64,000 nt of DNA from Octopus sinensis (taxonomy: Eukaryota): the NCBI RefSeq assembly GCF_006345805.1, contig NC_043009.1, positions 15,562,001 through 15,626,000 on the forward strand, given 5' to 3'. The notes below the pieces were generated by a model that worked only from the letters and a program-made list of their open reading frames with translations, ran no database searches and was not told where the DNA came from. Shown here one piece after another: positions 41,935-54,576 of this stretch (the first letter of the stretch is position 1; every line of letters starts with the position of its first letter). The translations under genes and the position numbers were made by a program.

Positions 41935-43554
41935 TATTTTTTAGTTGGACGGTGTTTTTATTGTAAGTTAAACCATCTTATTAATTGCTAAATTGCTGTT
42001 AATCTATTGTTTCGTGTTTAGCAGTGTTGATGACGTTTTCCCCTTTGTTTAAAGGGGAAGCGCTGAATGATGGATTACGAGAGCTTGAGCTCGGATGAGA
42101 TGACATCCTCAGAAGAGGAACTGTTGAGGAGTATCAACAATATCGATAGACAAATGAAAGAAAGAAGGATTTGGGGGTTGCGGCCGGAAGTTTGAATAGT
42201 ATGGGTGGCAAGAAAAAGATGTTTGCAACAGTGACTGTTACGAAGAGAGATGAAGTGAAAACTAAAGCATTAAATCTCGAACAATAACAACGAATACTGC
42301 ATAGGGAAGGCCACAGAGTCCGTGTACCCCACCCTATGAAGTGGCTCAAGAGACAGCAAGAACGACAGTCACATTCAGAAGTTTCAGCAAAGAAGAGAGA
42401 AGAATTAATGTTGCAAATAAAGGGGAAATATGGAAGTGTTTGGCTCCCATCTGTGCGGACATAACATACGAGACAAACGGAGTCAAATACACAACGATGG
42501 AAGTGAGATTTGCCCTGAAGAAGAAGGCCAGGCAACACGCCATGTCTATGTTATCTACAGCAAAAATAGTACTCCTTCCGACTTACCATGGGAAGCGCGT
42601 CTCCGGGGTTAAAGTGGAGGAGGCACCACAGGAAGTGAACGTAGCGTGGATAATTACAGATATAAGTACTGAGCCAAGAGGAAAATATAACAGCCCTCGA
42701 AAACACCAGGGAGTAATTGAATAGACCAGATCCTGGAAATGCTTATCTAAGCCGCCCTGGATGCCCTGGACAACATTGTAGCCACCATAGTGGTGAGTGA
42801 AAGGAGGCAAAGAGTGATGATGGCGAGCAGGAGGCTGGGGTGTTTCCAGTGCGGAAAGCTTGGACACATGAGAGCGAATTGCTCCCTACCCCCGTCCTGT
42901 GGAAGTAACCAAAGAAGTGCCGATAGACTGCAACTCCTCCTATCTATTTCTTTTCTGCTCCTATCATGGCGTCCAAAGTAGCGAGTGAGTGCAACGAGAA
43001 ACAGTAAGAAGCAACTAGATAGTGGACAGAGGCAGGCAAAAGGAAAAATAGAAATAGAAGGAGGCAACAAACAAGTGATGATGACCCCCAACCGCACTCG
43101 CCATTCCCCACCCGTCCCACCCTAACCCGCCTTACCTCTGCATACACCAAGCCTCGTCCTGTCTCACCAAACGCTGCCCCTGACACTACCCTAATAACAA
43201 AACAAGCATTCAAAAGTCAAAATCTGCCCAGCACCCTCACCGTGAAAAGAGCCACGTAGTAATATTCAACAAGTCAGCTAATAAGCTGGTGAAGGGGGTG
43301 GAGAAAACGGACAAAGGAGTTGAGAATGAGCAAACAAATATTGTGACATGAGTATAATTGTTTGAAAATTTTGTAAATGTTTATAAAAAGTTTAAACGCG
43401 GTCTCTCAGAGTGTGAGGTTCGAGTGGCTTCCATTCCGTCCATTCATTATTTCATACCATCTTTCTCATTCGTTTACTTTTTCCCCCACTTATGTGTTTA
43501 TCTGTCATACTGTTTTCACCTCTCTGTCAGGCCTTAATGGCTGAAATAAAATTA
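41935..43554 (+). mobile_element. ORF1-only (HAL1-like) retroelement, copy 2, with gag-type zinc knuckle
   Basis: MDYESLSSDEMTSSEEELL; LLPTYHGKRVSGVKVEEAP; CFQCGKLGHMRANC (42841-42882); no EN/RT motif before the pyrimidine-rich UTR and AATAAA. Confidence 0.78.
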
Positions 43555-45265
43555 AAGAACGCGCAGCCATATATTATACAGAAAGTTGTAGGAGCTATTA
43601 AGAAGAGATATCGTTCGGTTACGTGTTGGTGAACGAATATACAATAATTTCGCAACTACATTAAAACATCATAACGCCTACGCTTCTCCATTTTGATTAC
43701 TTGCCTTCCCAGTTGTGGGTGTTCTTCTGTATGCAAGGAAATATTGAAGCACAAGAGTTATCAGGGTAAAAATTTTATTAAATTACACAAATTAAATTAT
43801 GTAAACTTCATCTTATCATTATCATATGTATGTATGAGTGTATGTGTGTGTGTGTGCAAACGTGTGTGTACGCACGCTCACGCACAAACTAGTATAAATA
43901 TATAGATTTTTATTTTTGTGAATATGTAGCTTGGGAAGATATTTCTACGTGCCCAATGTTATGCAAGCTGTACCAAGAACAATGTCACACACACTGAGCA
44001 AAATTCAATTTGAACGTCGAATTGTACATACTAATCAGCTATAGATATGTCACCTCTACAAATAACTATATTCTAATCTTTTTTCTGTTGTGAATTACCC
44101 TCATTAATGTTTCCCTCTCGTGGACTCTTTAAATTATAAAGCAATAACGTCACGTTGGCATTCTTAGATTAAAGTATAATTTTTACATTGTAAGCCCATA
44201 TGAAATTCAGAGTTGTGCAAATTGATAGGCATGGTATAAAATTGATAATATGTTGTGTTACAGTATACATAAATATTTTTTCAGATGTCTTTGGGAAAAG
44301 GCAAGCTAAGTAATAAAAATTATCCGTCACCCCAAGGCTTGAATTGTTTGTAATTAAATTTCTTGAAATGTTAACATACTATATGCAGTTTTTCATCATG
44401 ACCGGTATAGTTTAGATTTATAGAAGGCAATAACCGTAAGAATTTTATAGGAAATATCATAGCGTATATAATACCTGTAATGTGATCGCACGATTTTCAA
44501 CTTTCTTCTATTTCATCATCTGACACGCCTGGCACTAACGCTAAATAGATTTAACAATAAAATATATAAATGGAAAGCAAACGCGTATATTTGATAATGA
44601 AACGAATGTTTTCCGATAACGTTTCCTGAAATCATATTGAGGGTAATATTATAGAATTTAGTAGTTCACACTGTAATTTATCATTTTTGAAATTATCGCA
44701 ATGTTTGCTTCATCGTAATAGAGAAAGTAAAGAATGAAACACATAAAAATAAATTCAAAAAATTAACAGCTAAACGGTCATACATAATTTACATTTATAT
44801 AATGAGATAGATATGTATTTAGGTGTGCATTTGGAAAATGCATATCTAAATAGAGGACATACTTATGTATCTGTTGCTTATTAATTTCATTTTATTTTTG
44901 TATCACGGAAAATTGTAATGACATCCCGGATTCAGAAATATGTATCTCTACAGCTATTGAAATTTTGAAGTATTATTTACTTTAATTGATTATCAGTTAA
45001 TTCATTAAACTCGAAGCATAAAATAAATATCAAATAATATTAATGGAATAACCAACTGCGAGAAACGCAGTACATGTGTTTTAATAACATCAATTTTTAT
45101 GTTATACGGAGGAAAATAAACATTTATCAGCATGAAAAACTATGGGCATAAATATTAATTACAACATTAGGAAGTTATATAAAGATACCCACACACTCCT
45201 TATTCTATATTATTTGGTTTTCATTAAATTCTAAATGTTTGGAAAACATGAGAAAAACATAACCA

Positions 45266-46600
45266 GGCACAGGAGTTGCTGTGTGGTAAGAAGCTCGCTT
45301 CCGGTTTATGGTTGTTCGGTTGCATTGTTAGATTTGTGTGAGATAGACGTGTTTTTTTGGCTGTGCGACGTTTTCCCTCTTGTTGTGAAGGTTTGAGTTG
45401 TTCTGCTTCGAGCATTGAAGGCTGCCCTTCCTCGGACTATATGTCGTCAGAGGTGGAGTGCCTGGAGAAGATAGACAAGGCTTTGGACGAAAGAAGCTAT
45501 GGTGCAGTGACGGAGGAGAGATGCGAAGAAATAAGGTTGGAGGATGTATACAAGTATAAGTGAATGCCGAAAAGGGAGGAGAACGAAGAAGTCGTAAAGA
45601 TAACAGCGGAAAGATCGATAGTTTATAGGACGTACTTGATGGCAGCTGGAAAATTGAAAACATGTCTACCGTACAGATAGAAAAAGGCGTTAAGGCCAGT
45701 CTGGCAAGGGATCTCGTATCTTGCCAAGAATAAGATTGGAAAGATTGAGTAGGTGCAGTTCGAAAAGGTGACCACCGCCAGGCTGCACCCAGTAACATAC
45801 TGAAAACAAATGAGGTAGGTCTTCTACCCATATACCTTGGGAGATATACTTCCAGGGTTAGGGTGGAGGAAACACCCCCAGGGGGTGCACGCTATATTAC
45901 TTGCAATGGAGAAGGTGGTGTTCCTATAGGCAACCGGAACACTTCATAGGAACTGGGAGCGACAAACCCTTAACATGTTGGTGCAAATTGCGAACTTGGC
46001 GATTGGATGCCTTTCCTTCAGTCACACATTCCACAATTTGCAACGATCATCAAGTTTAACTGAAATTTTAAGAAAATTATATAATTTTTAACAGCATGGC
46101 ATTTATATTTTATCTTACGAAACATTCTCATTCGTAATAAGCAACTTCTTCCCCCTCTACGTTTGTCTCTCCTTATTTGTCCAGATCTATGTACGGCTTC
46201 CTGAGCCAATTTATAAAATAAAGAAGCTTGCTTCACAATCACATGGTTCTGGATTCAGTCACATTGCGTAGCACCTTGAGCAAGTGTCTTCCATTATAGC
46301 TTCAGGCTGACCAAATCTTCTTAGTGAATTTAGGAGATGGAAACTGCTAGAAGCGCGTCGTATACATATGTATATATGCGTGTGTGTGTATGTATTTGTG
46401 TATCTGTGTTGTCCCCACCAAACCATCACTTGATGTTAGTCTGTTTACGTCCCTGTAACTTAGTGGTTCGGCAAAAAGTAAGTACAAGGCTTACAAAGAA
46501 TAAATCTTGGGGTGGATTTGTTCGACTAAAAAAGGCATTGCACCAGCATGGCCTCAGTCAAATGACTGAAACATGGAAAAGAATAACGGAAAAGAAAATG
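45266..46600 (+). mobile_element. SINE family B split by an insertion at 45302-46220
   Basis: Head 45266-45301 resumes at 46221 with aagaagcttgcttcacaatcacatggttc..ccttgagcaagtg. Confidence 0.88.
45302..46220 (+). mobile_element. ORF1-only retroelement, copy 3, with 14-bp TSD
   Basis: GLLPIYLGRYTSRVRVEETPP homologous to copy 2; TSD AAGAAGCT(C/T)GCTTC at 45288-45301 and 46221-46234; AATAAA at the 3' junction. Confidence 0.82.
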
Positions 46601-47028
46601 CATATCATTAGCGAAGCGTTTTCCAGTGGCTCTAATATTGTGATATGACCTGCATTAATAAGTCTAAGCATTGCGTTCTCCACTCATTGAATGCTATTAA
46701 CAATCTTTACCTTTATCACGTAAAATGTTTGAAAATATTACCATATAATTTCATATTCAATTGCTTGATTAACGTTAATGTTTTACATCTTCATTATAAC
46801 CGTTATGGTTTTTATAATGCGTACGCGCGCATATAAGCACACACTCACGCATACAAATGCACACACTGATACACACATACAAAGATATGTGAGAGGGTGC
46901 ACAACCATACACATATTGGCGTTGGTGGGAAGATGGCCAATTCAATGCCAATAAAGAATTCAAAGTGCTAGGCATCAGCGAAAATAAACAGAGGGAAAGG
47001 AAGATAACAAGTTTGAAAGGCAGAAGGA

Positions 47029-47061
47029 TTAGGGTTAGGGTTAGGGTTAGGGTTAGGGTTA
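47029..47061 (+). repeat. Interstitial (TTAGGG)5TTA
   Basis: Direct reading. Confidence 0.95.
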
Positions 47062-47749
47062 CCACATTGCTATTGGTGATGGTGGGTGATAGAATGGATG
47101 TTATTGGTATTAAATCTAATGGCGGTGGAGCTAGCTGTAAAGCGTGAGGTGGTTGTGGGTTTGGTGGATATTGTAGTGGCGTGGGCGTATTGGAAATGAT
47201 TGTGATGAAAATAAACACAATGATGATTGTAATGCTAGTATCAGTGTTTATAATGAGTGACACTGGCGATGATTAGCGGGTAGAAATTGTGATGGCGATG
47301 ATCATGATGGTGTTAGATGATGCTGATGGTCATGGGCGTTGAGGAGGTTGGGGTCGTGTTAGCCATAATTACATTGAAATTAACGACGACATCGACAATG
47401 TGGGGGAGGAGGATGATGAAAGTAACCATGAAGAAGATGCTGATGATGGTGATTTTACGATAGAGGTAACGCTGGTTCTGACGGATGTATCGGCAGCTAG
47501 GTGTTTATTTAAGTTTCAAGTGTGGAAATGGTGACACTTGTGATGTATATGAGGATGGTTGACAACGGGGAGGGATGAATTAAATATCGTGGTTGTCTGT
47601 AATACTAAAAACAGGATTGCAGCACCACAAAAAAAAAACACAATTAAATTGTTAATATGCAAGTGCAATCAAAAAATTCGTACAAAGCTCATCGTTCTCA
47701 CTCATCAGTCAGGATATTGCAAGAAGGTAACACTTCCTATCCCACCGTT

Positions 47750-49200
47750 ATTTTCCTTTCCGATGGAAACATGAAAAAGTTCCCGAGCGCTTGGTCAGAG
47801 CAAAGGGTGTCTGTATTTAGCTATTCCTTACACAACCTCTTCCGCCAAACCCACCAAACAGATAAAAGCTGACTGCTCGTACCGATCAAAAGTAGGCAGA
47901 GGAATGGTATAAGTAATGCTCAGTCATGAGATGAATGCGTGCACAACCGGTTCATCATTGCACGAACAGATCGCAGGACCTGCTCGCCGATAGCTCTGCT
48001 TAGCCAGAGATTTCCGGAACTTACCCAGATCCTGGAACGAAAGTACTCTAGATATGGACAACCAGTTGATTATCATGAACGTTCAGAGTTTCTCTGAGAA
48101 TACGGTTACCTTTTCCCGACACTAGCTAGCTAGAGGACCTCAATGTGGAATTTTCACAGACCCCAATGTGGACTTTTCACAGACCCCAATGCCTGACTGG
48201 ATGAAGGTTGGGCGTGCTTGATGGCATTTCACATGCCAAGCACCAAATCTCGGCCTCCGATTGGCTTAGAACCGCAACTATGTCAAAGAAACATGAAATT
48301 GATAAAGTTACCACACATATTCACTGTTAAAAGGTATCGCTTGATGATAATACCTCGGCGCGGCACTAACCATTGTATGCCCAGCATCAAAGTAGCGGTT
48401 GTTTGCTGCAGAGGAATAGTCTGATTAATAGAACGTATCCATCTTACAAAAGCCGAAATATCAGGCACACCAATCGGAGCAGTGGTAACTTGAGACAAGG
48501 CTAGGCAGTCAGGCAATATATGAGTTCATTACTTCTCCTTGACATATAAGGAATGGTTCCATCACAATTGCTTTCGGGGAGAGCGGCCAACCTTCTCGTC
48601 ACATGGTTTCAGATTTTGTTCACTTAAAGACTTTGAATATACCAAATCTTAAGGAATTTAGCTGGTGTGTCTGTCTAGAATATCACTGGACAGCATGGTC
48701 TACTTCTCCAGATGCCCACATGCAAGCAAATCTACTTTACCTGATAAATATTGGCTCTTGTCACTCGTGTCATTGTTTCGTTGCAGCTTAGAACCTTGCT
48801 TGTCACCTTAATGCCTACCCGAAAGAACATAAAGAATCTACCACGCGACCCTGATCGAGTTGGAGAGGTGTACACACCATAGTAGTCAATATAGTGTATA
48901 CCGTTGTACGTCGAGTTGGTACAGTTTCTGATAAAAAGACAGGAACTGGCTGTAACAAAGGTGACTTCGAAGTTTAGATGGTTTAATCTATCAATGTCGT
49001 TCTATTGACCCAAATAGGAAAACACTTAAAAAGTCGGCAAGGAAATTTTCTCCAATTCAGCGTAGGAAAACGAGATCTTCTCAACATCTCTCACCTAATT
49101 AGCTACACAGCACGGTGGAAACGCTCGTGGGAAGCCAGTCAAAGACTCTATATGCCCGGAAATAATGAAAGTGTAAAAAAGAAGCAAACAACGTAGAATA
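47750..49200 (-). mobile_element. Highly decayed Tx1/L1-like ORF2 (RT region)
   Basis: Motif relics in the expected order on minus: FDWLP, LQLDQG, REGWPLSP..MEPFL, PDISAFV, PIGG..LGM. Confidence 0.5.
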
Positions 49201-51097
49201 CTTGATATCCTGCTGAAATTGTTCAAGCACGCCCTGATGTGTTATGTTATGCCAAGGACTTGTTATATTTCCCGGTCTACTGTTAAATTTATTTTTTTAT
49301 CAATTTGTATTTACAAGAGACTAGTTTCATATACAAATACAAATTTTAAAACTAGTAACCGATCAATATTTATGCAGTAAGTATATACTTACATATGCAT
49401 GTGTGGGTGCTTGCATGTAAGTATGTAGGTATGTGTATCATATATCTTTATATACATGTACACATATATACACACAAATACACACACATACACTCGTTTA
49501 TATATATATAAATTTTGAAGTAATAGACAAAATTATTTCAAGTACACAGACTAAATTAAGATGTGGGATATACAGTACACACCTTCCTCTACACCGCTTG
49601 CTTGCATACATCGCTATTAGATATTTTCAAATGTAAGTAAAATTATAACTGGTTTTAAGTTCCAGTTACTATGCAAGAAAGATGGTCATATTTTCCCCAA
49701 AAGCAATTTTCAACAAATTTCTTTGCTATTAATTGAAAATTGCTTATAATAACGCCGCGGGAAATATATCAAACACTTAATTGCATTTCAGTCCATTAAC
49801 CAACATATAGCTTGAAATGCAGTGTTTAAAATGGAAATTTAAAATGTTTACTGGAGAATTCCCCGTGTGTACCGTACCTTAAAACACTATCTACAACTCT
49901 AATTTCTAAAACTACATTCTTCTGATTTAAAATTCGATAATCTAAATGACCTGTGAAATTATTCAGCAATTGTATGCAACTTTTCGAATATTCGAAGTTT
50001 TGTATTTTGCTAAAAGAAGTTCCCACATTAAACATTACCGCAGTTTAAACGGATTATTAAAGCAGCGCTTGATCTTGTAGATTCTTAATAAGTCGCCAGG
50101 TACGGAAGTTCATTGGTGTATCCTTGGTGTTTCATGTTTGGGTGTAATGTATCCTGCCTCAGTTTCACTATGTTTGACCATTTTTTGTTTATGTTCAGAG
50201 ATACTTATCCATTATATCTGGTGGATTTGACTTGAAATTTCTACCTTTTACCTTTACCAATGTAAATTATATCTCCTACATGGATTCCATGTTAACTGTA
50301 CAAATAAAACTGTACAGAAATGTCAGTGCAAGAACTTTAGGAGCATGATATGCGCATACATTTTCTTTTATGAGGTGTCACATTAGCATTCATTTTAAGG
50401 CAAAAATCCTCTGAGGATGTTAATTGTATTTATAGTTGTTCTCTTTTTTCCAACTCAAGTGATTGATAGAGACGAGTGCATTTTTTCTTAATTTGCTCTT
50501 AACTTAATGCTAATCGTTTTAACTCGTATTTAGTGTTTGTTTTCAGTTGCCAGCCGTACTTTTCTTTACAATTTTTATTATATTATAACCTTTTATTTTG
50601 TATAAATTGCTCCATACTGTCTTAGAAATGAGCCACAAATTTGCGTGTGATGTGAGATATAAATCAAAGAAATATTTTATTACGATTTATCGTTAATGTA
50701 TTGAGTTTATTTACTTTTACTCACATGAATATTGTACATCATATGTTGGTCATCAATAATTTCAAATGAAAATTAATGTCTGTGGACATGAAACTTCTAC
50801 GATTTGTTATTTATTTGAACAGTGTATAAATCTATAAACAAATACCTCATGCTAATCATTCTGATAAGATGGTCACTCCTAGCTACTCTGCCTAAATAAG
50901 AAACTTGCCGTTATACTCTTTAACAGCAGGTACAATTTCAATGCTTTTATTATAGGAATTGATCATTAGCATTTTACAGAAAGCTGCGTCGTAGCCAACA
51001 TATTCAATGTACTATTTCAACAAGTTGAAGAACATGCCTTACATTTAATACATTTCTTTAGCTTTACATCATCTTGTCATTATTTACTGACGTTCAG

Positions 51098-51295
51098 GTG
51101 GTGAGGTGACAGAATCATTAGCACACCACGCAAAATGCTTAGAGACATTTTGTCTGTATTCACTTTCTCAGTTCAAATTCCTCCGAAGTTGACTTTGCTT
51201 TTCATCCTTTCGGAGTTTGTAAAATAAATGCGAGTTGAACACTGGAGTCGATGTCGTCAACTTGTTGGCCTTGTGCCAAAATTTTAAACCATTAT
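51098..51295 (+). mobile_element. SINE family A, diverged, alternative tail
   Basis: gttcaaattcctccgaagttgactttgcttttcatcctttcggag..ggccttgtgcc. Confidence 0.8.
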
Positions 51296-52133
51296 TAACT
51301 ATACGTCACAAAAGAAATTGGTACAATAATGCAATAAAATTTAATGTTTTCAAAAAACCATTACTTGTATACACAATGAATAGCAGATAAAATATATTTT
51401 GATATCAGTAACACATTTAACAATTTAAGTCCCTACATTTGAATACACTCTCACCCTTGCAGAAACATTTTTTAACCAAATAATCTTTTCCGTCCACTCC
51501 ATGTAATTTGGAATTACGAGTAGTGATTGAATATGTTCGAATGAACTAGTCTTATTATTCACGTTTAGGTATTATTAAATTACTTTGATAGACCATTATT
51601 TTCACTTCAGTTTATATTACTCATATTTTCTGGAATGAAGATGTAACGCATATCCCACTTACTGCGTATACTGTCAGCAGAAATGCCTAAATTTAGAAGA
51701 TTGTCAAACAAGAATAACGTTGCTTAGTACATAAACTCATATTATCTGAATGGAAAATTAATGCATTGAGCTCCATATATTATAGTCCATCTAAATTTGT
51801 AAGTCAGTACTTAATTAACTTAAATTACATGAAAGACACAGAGATGCAAACACGCGTATTTAATCAATTTCGCCCAAAAAGGTTTCTAAATTCAACAGCA
51901 ATTTAAGTTACATTCTTTTTTTTTTATATTTTAGCCATATTAACTGGAACCATGCTGCAGCACCGTCTTTAGTCAAACAAATCGATCGCCGGACTTATTT
52001 TTTGTAAGCCTAGTACATATTCTATCGGTCTGTTTTGCCGAACAGCTAAGATACGGGGATCTAAACAAACCAGCATCGGTTTCAAGCGTGGTGGTGAGAC
52101 AAAGACAAATACACAAATGCATACAAGTATGCG

Positions 52134-52169
<36 letters not shown>

Positions 52170-52170
52170 A

Positions 52171-54529
52171 TAAATATTAGGGAATAAATCCAAATTTAGG
52201 ATTAAATCCAATTTTATAGTAACATATTATATAATATTAATTAGAGACAAAACCACTATTTTGAAAAACAAACAAGGAAAGACTTAATCAATACATAGCG
52301 CACACGTATACATGCGTGAGGCACACGCGCACGGCATGTGCGTGTGCCCCCTCACATGTACATATGCATGCTTACTGGGCTCGATATGTGCAACGGTGTG
52401 TTCGCGCCCGCACTCATGCAGATGGGTGAATTGCACAACTAAAATACGCACACGTGTGTGTGTGCGTATTTTGGTTGTGTAATTTGTTTATCTGTGTGAG
52501 TGTGGGTGTGAGCGCATTGTTGTGTATGTCGGGTTTGGTACGTATGTATATGGATATGTGGGGGGGGGTGTACGTATGTGTTGTGTGTGTGTGTTTTGCG
52601 TATGTGTGTTTGTGAGTGAATGTATATATGGGGATTGCTATGTGGGTGTAATTGTGTAGGGTGGGGGGAGTTTTGTCATTGTATGTGTGTGGTTTTCATT
52701 TGTCATGATGGTTTGTTGGTGATTTGTGGTAGGTTCTGTATATTTGGGTTGATTATGTATTGTTATTGTGAGTGCAATTGTATACATGCATGATTGGTGT
52801 GCGTGGGATTGCGCCCATTTTTGGGGATGTATGTGTTTATTTGTCTGTGTGGAGTGGGAGTGGGTTTTTGTTGTATATATTGAGGTTTATACGTATGTAT
52901 AGGTATGTGTGAGTGAGGTGGGTATTTGTATATGTCGTGGGTGTGTGGTTTACGTGTGTGTATTTGTGTGTGAATGCATAGGTTAGGGGATTGCTATATA
53001 GGTATGTTATAGAGTTTAGTAAAGGGAAGTTTTATCATTATATGTATTTATGAGTTTTAGTTTATCATGGTAGTTTTATTAAAGAATTCGCAGTAATTTA
53101 TGTCTATTTATGATGTTTGTTATTTTATTACATTATTCCATTCATAATTTTTAAGTAATGTCCGTTTACAACGTGAATATAATTTTTAATTCCATTTATT
53201 CCATTTCTCCATTCATAATTTTAAATGACGTTCGTTTCCAGAGCGCGAATACTTTTTATACATATGTTAGGTTCCTATGGTAACGTAATTTTGTTTGACG
53301 TTTTTAACGGCTAGAGTTTCAATTTCACTTCATAATTTGAAACTGACTTGAAAGTATGTATATTTTTTCTCCTTGTGTTAATCTTGTTACTTATGATATT
53401 CTGGTTACCTATGAAGTATTTTATATATCGTATTATGTGTAGTAATGTTGTTTTTCTTTTGAGTGTTTATGTATGTGTGAATGTGTGTGTGTGTGCGTAT
53501 TTTAGTTGTGTAATTTATTTATCTGTATGAGTGTGGGTGTGAAAATATTATTGTATATATCGAGTTTAGTAAGTATGTATATGTATATGTGAGGGGGTAT
53601 ACGTATATGTTGTGTGTGTGTTTTACGTATGTATATTTGTGTGTGAATGTGTATATGGGATTGCTATATAGGTGTAATTGTGTATGGTAGGGGGAGTTTT
53701 ATCATTATATGTATGTGGGTTTCATTTATCATGATGGTTTATTGGTGTTTTGTAGTAGATTCTGTATATTTAAGTTGATTATATATTATTCCATTCATAA
53801 TTAAAAAAAAAAAAAAAAACGTTCGATCACCACGTGCAAAGAATTGTTTATTTTGCTTTTGAGTGTTTATGTATGTGTGAATGTGTTTGTGTGTGTGTGT
53901 GTGTGGGATTATTTGCGTAATTTATTTATCTGTATAGATGTGGGTGTGAATATATTGGTGTATATATCGAGTTCTGTATGTTTGTATATGTATGTGTGAG
54001 CGGGTATACGTATATTGTTTATGAATGTGGGTTGTATGTGTGTGTGAGGGAGTATGAATAACTATTGTGTTGAAGTATTTGGCTATTTTATTTATTTATC
54101 GTTGCCTAGACGTTTTTATGTGTATGTATAGGGATATATATATAGGTGTGTGAGTTAGTGTATGTGTTTTGATATGGTTATATATAATTAGTTATATGTG
54201 TATGGGTGTATATATAGTTTATTTTTATTTTGTTTTATATTTAATTGTTGATAGGTTTATTTTAGTTTATATATTGATTATATATGGATTATATATAGGT
54301 TATATATAGATTATATATTTATATTTTTTCATTGATACTTTAATTATTTTAAGATTATTTTTTATACTTATATTTTAAAATATTGATATTTTAGATCGGA
54401 AATCCACCTGAAAATTGTCGATCAAGACATGAAACAATTGTAGTGGCGTTTTTTTTAATTTTATTAAAATTTTATGTATTGATTAAGTCTTTCCTTGTTT
54501 GTTTTGCAAAATAGTGGTTTTGTCTCTAA

Positions 54530-54542
<13 letters not shown>
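52171..54542 (+). mobile_element. Penelope-type/retrozyme-like non-coding insertion: ~70-bp inverted ends, GT-rich internal repeats, internal hairpin, hammerhead motif
   Basis: IR 52228-52297 / 54473-54542 (1 mismatch); repeat units starting near 52460, 53490 and 53890; hammerhead-like 54404-54446. Confidence 0.7.
54404..54446 (+). ncRNA. Minimal type I hammerhead ribozyme-like motif with G8 changed to A
   Basis: CCAC-CTGAAAA-T-TGTC-gatcaa-GACA-T-GAAAC-aatt-GTA-GTGG: stem I, stem II, palindromic stem III, GUA site. Confidence 0.65.
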
Positions 54543-54576
<34 letters not shown>

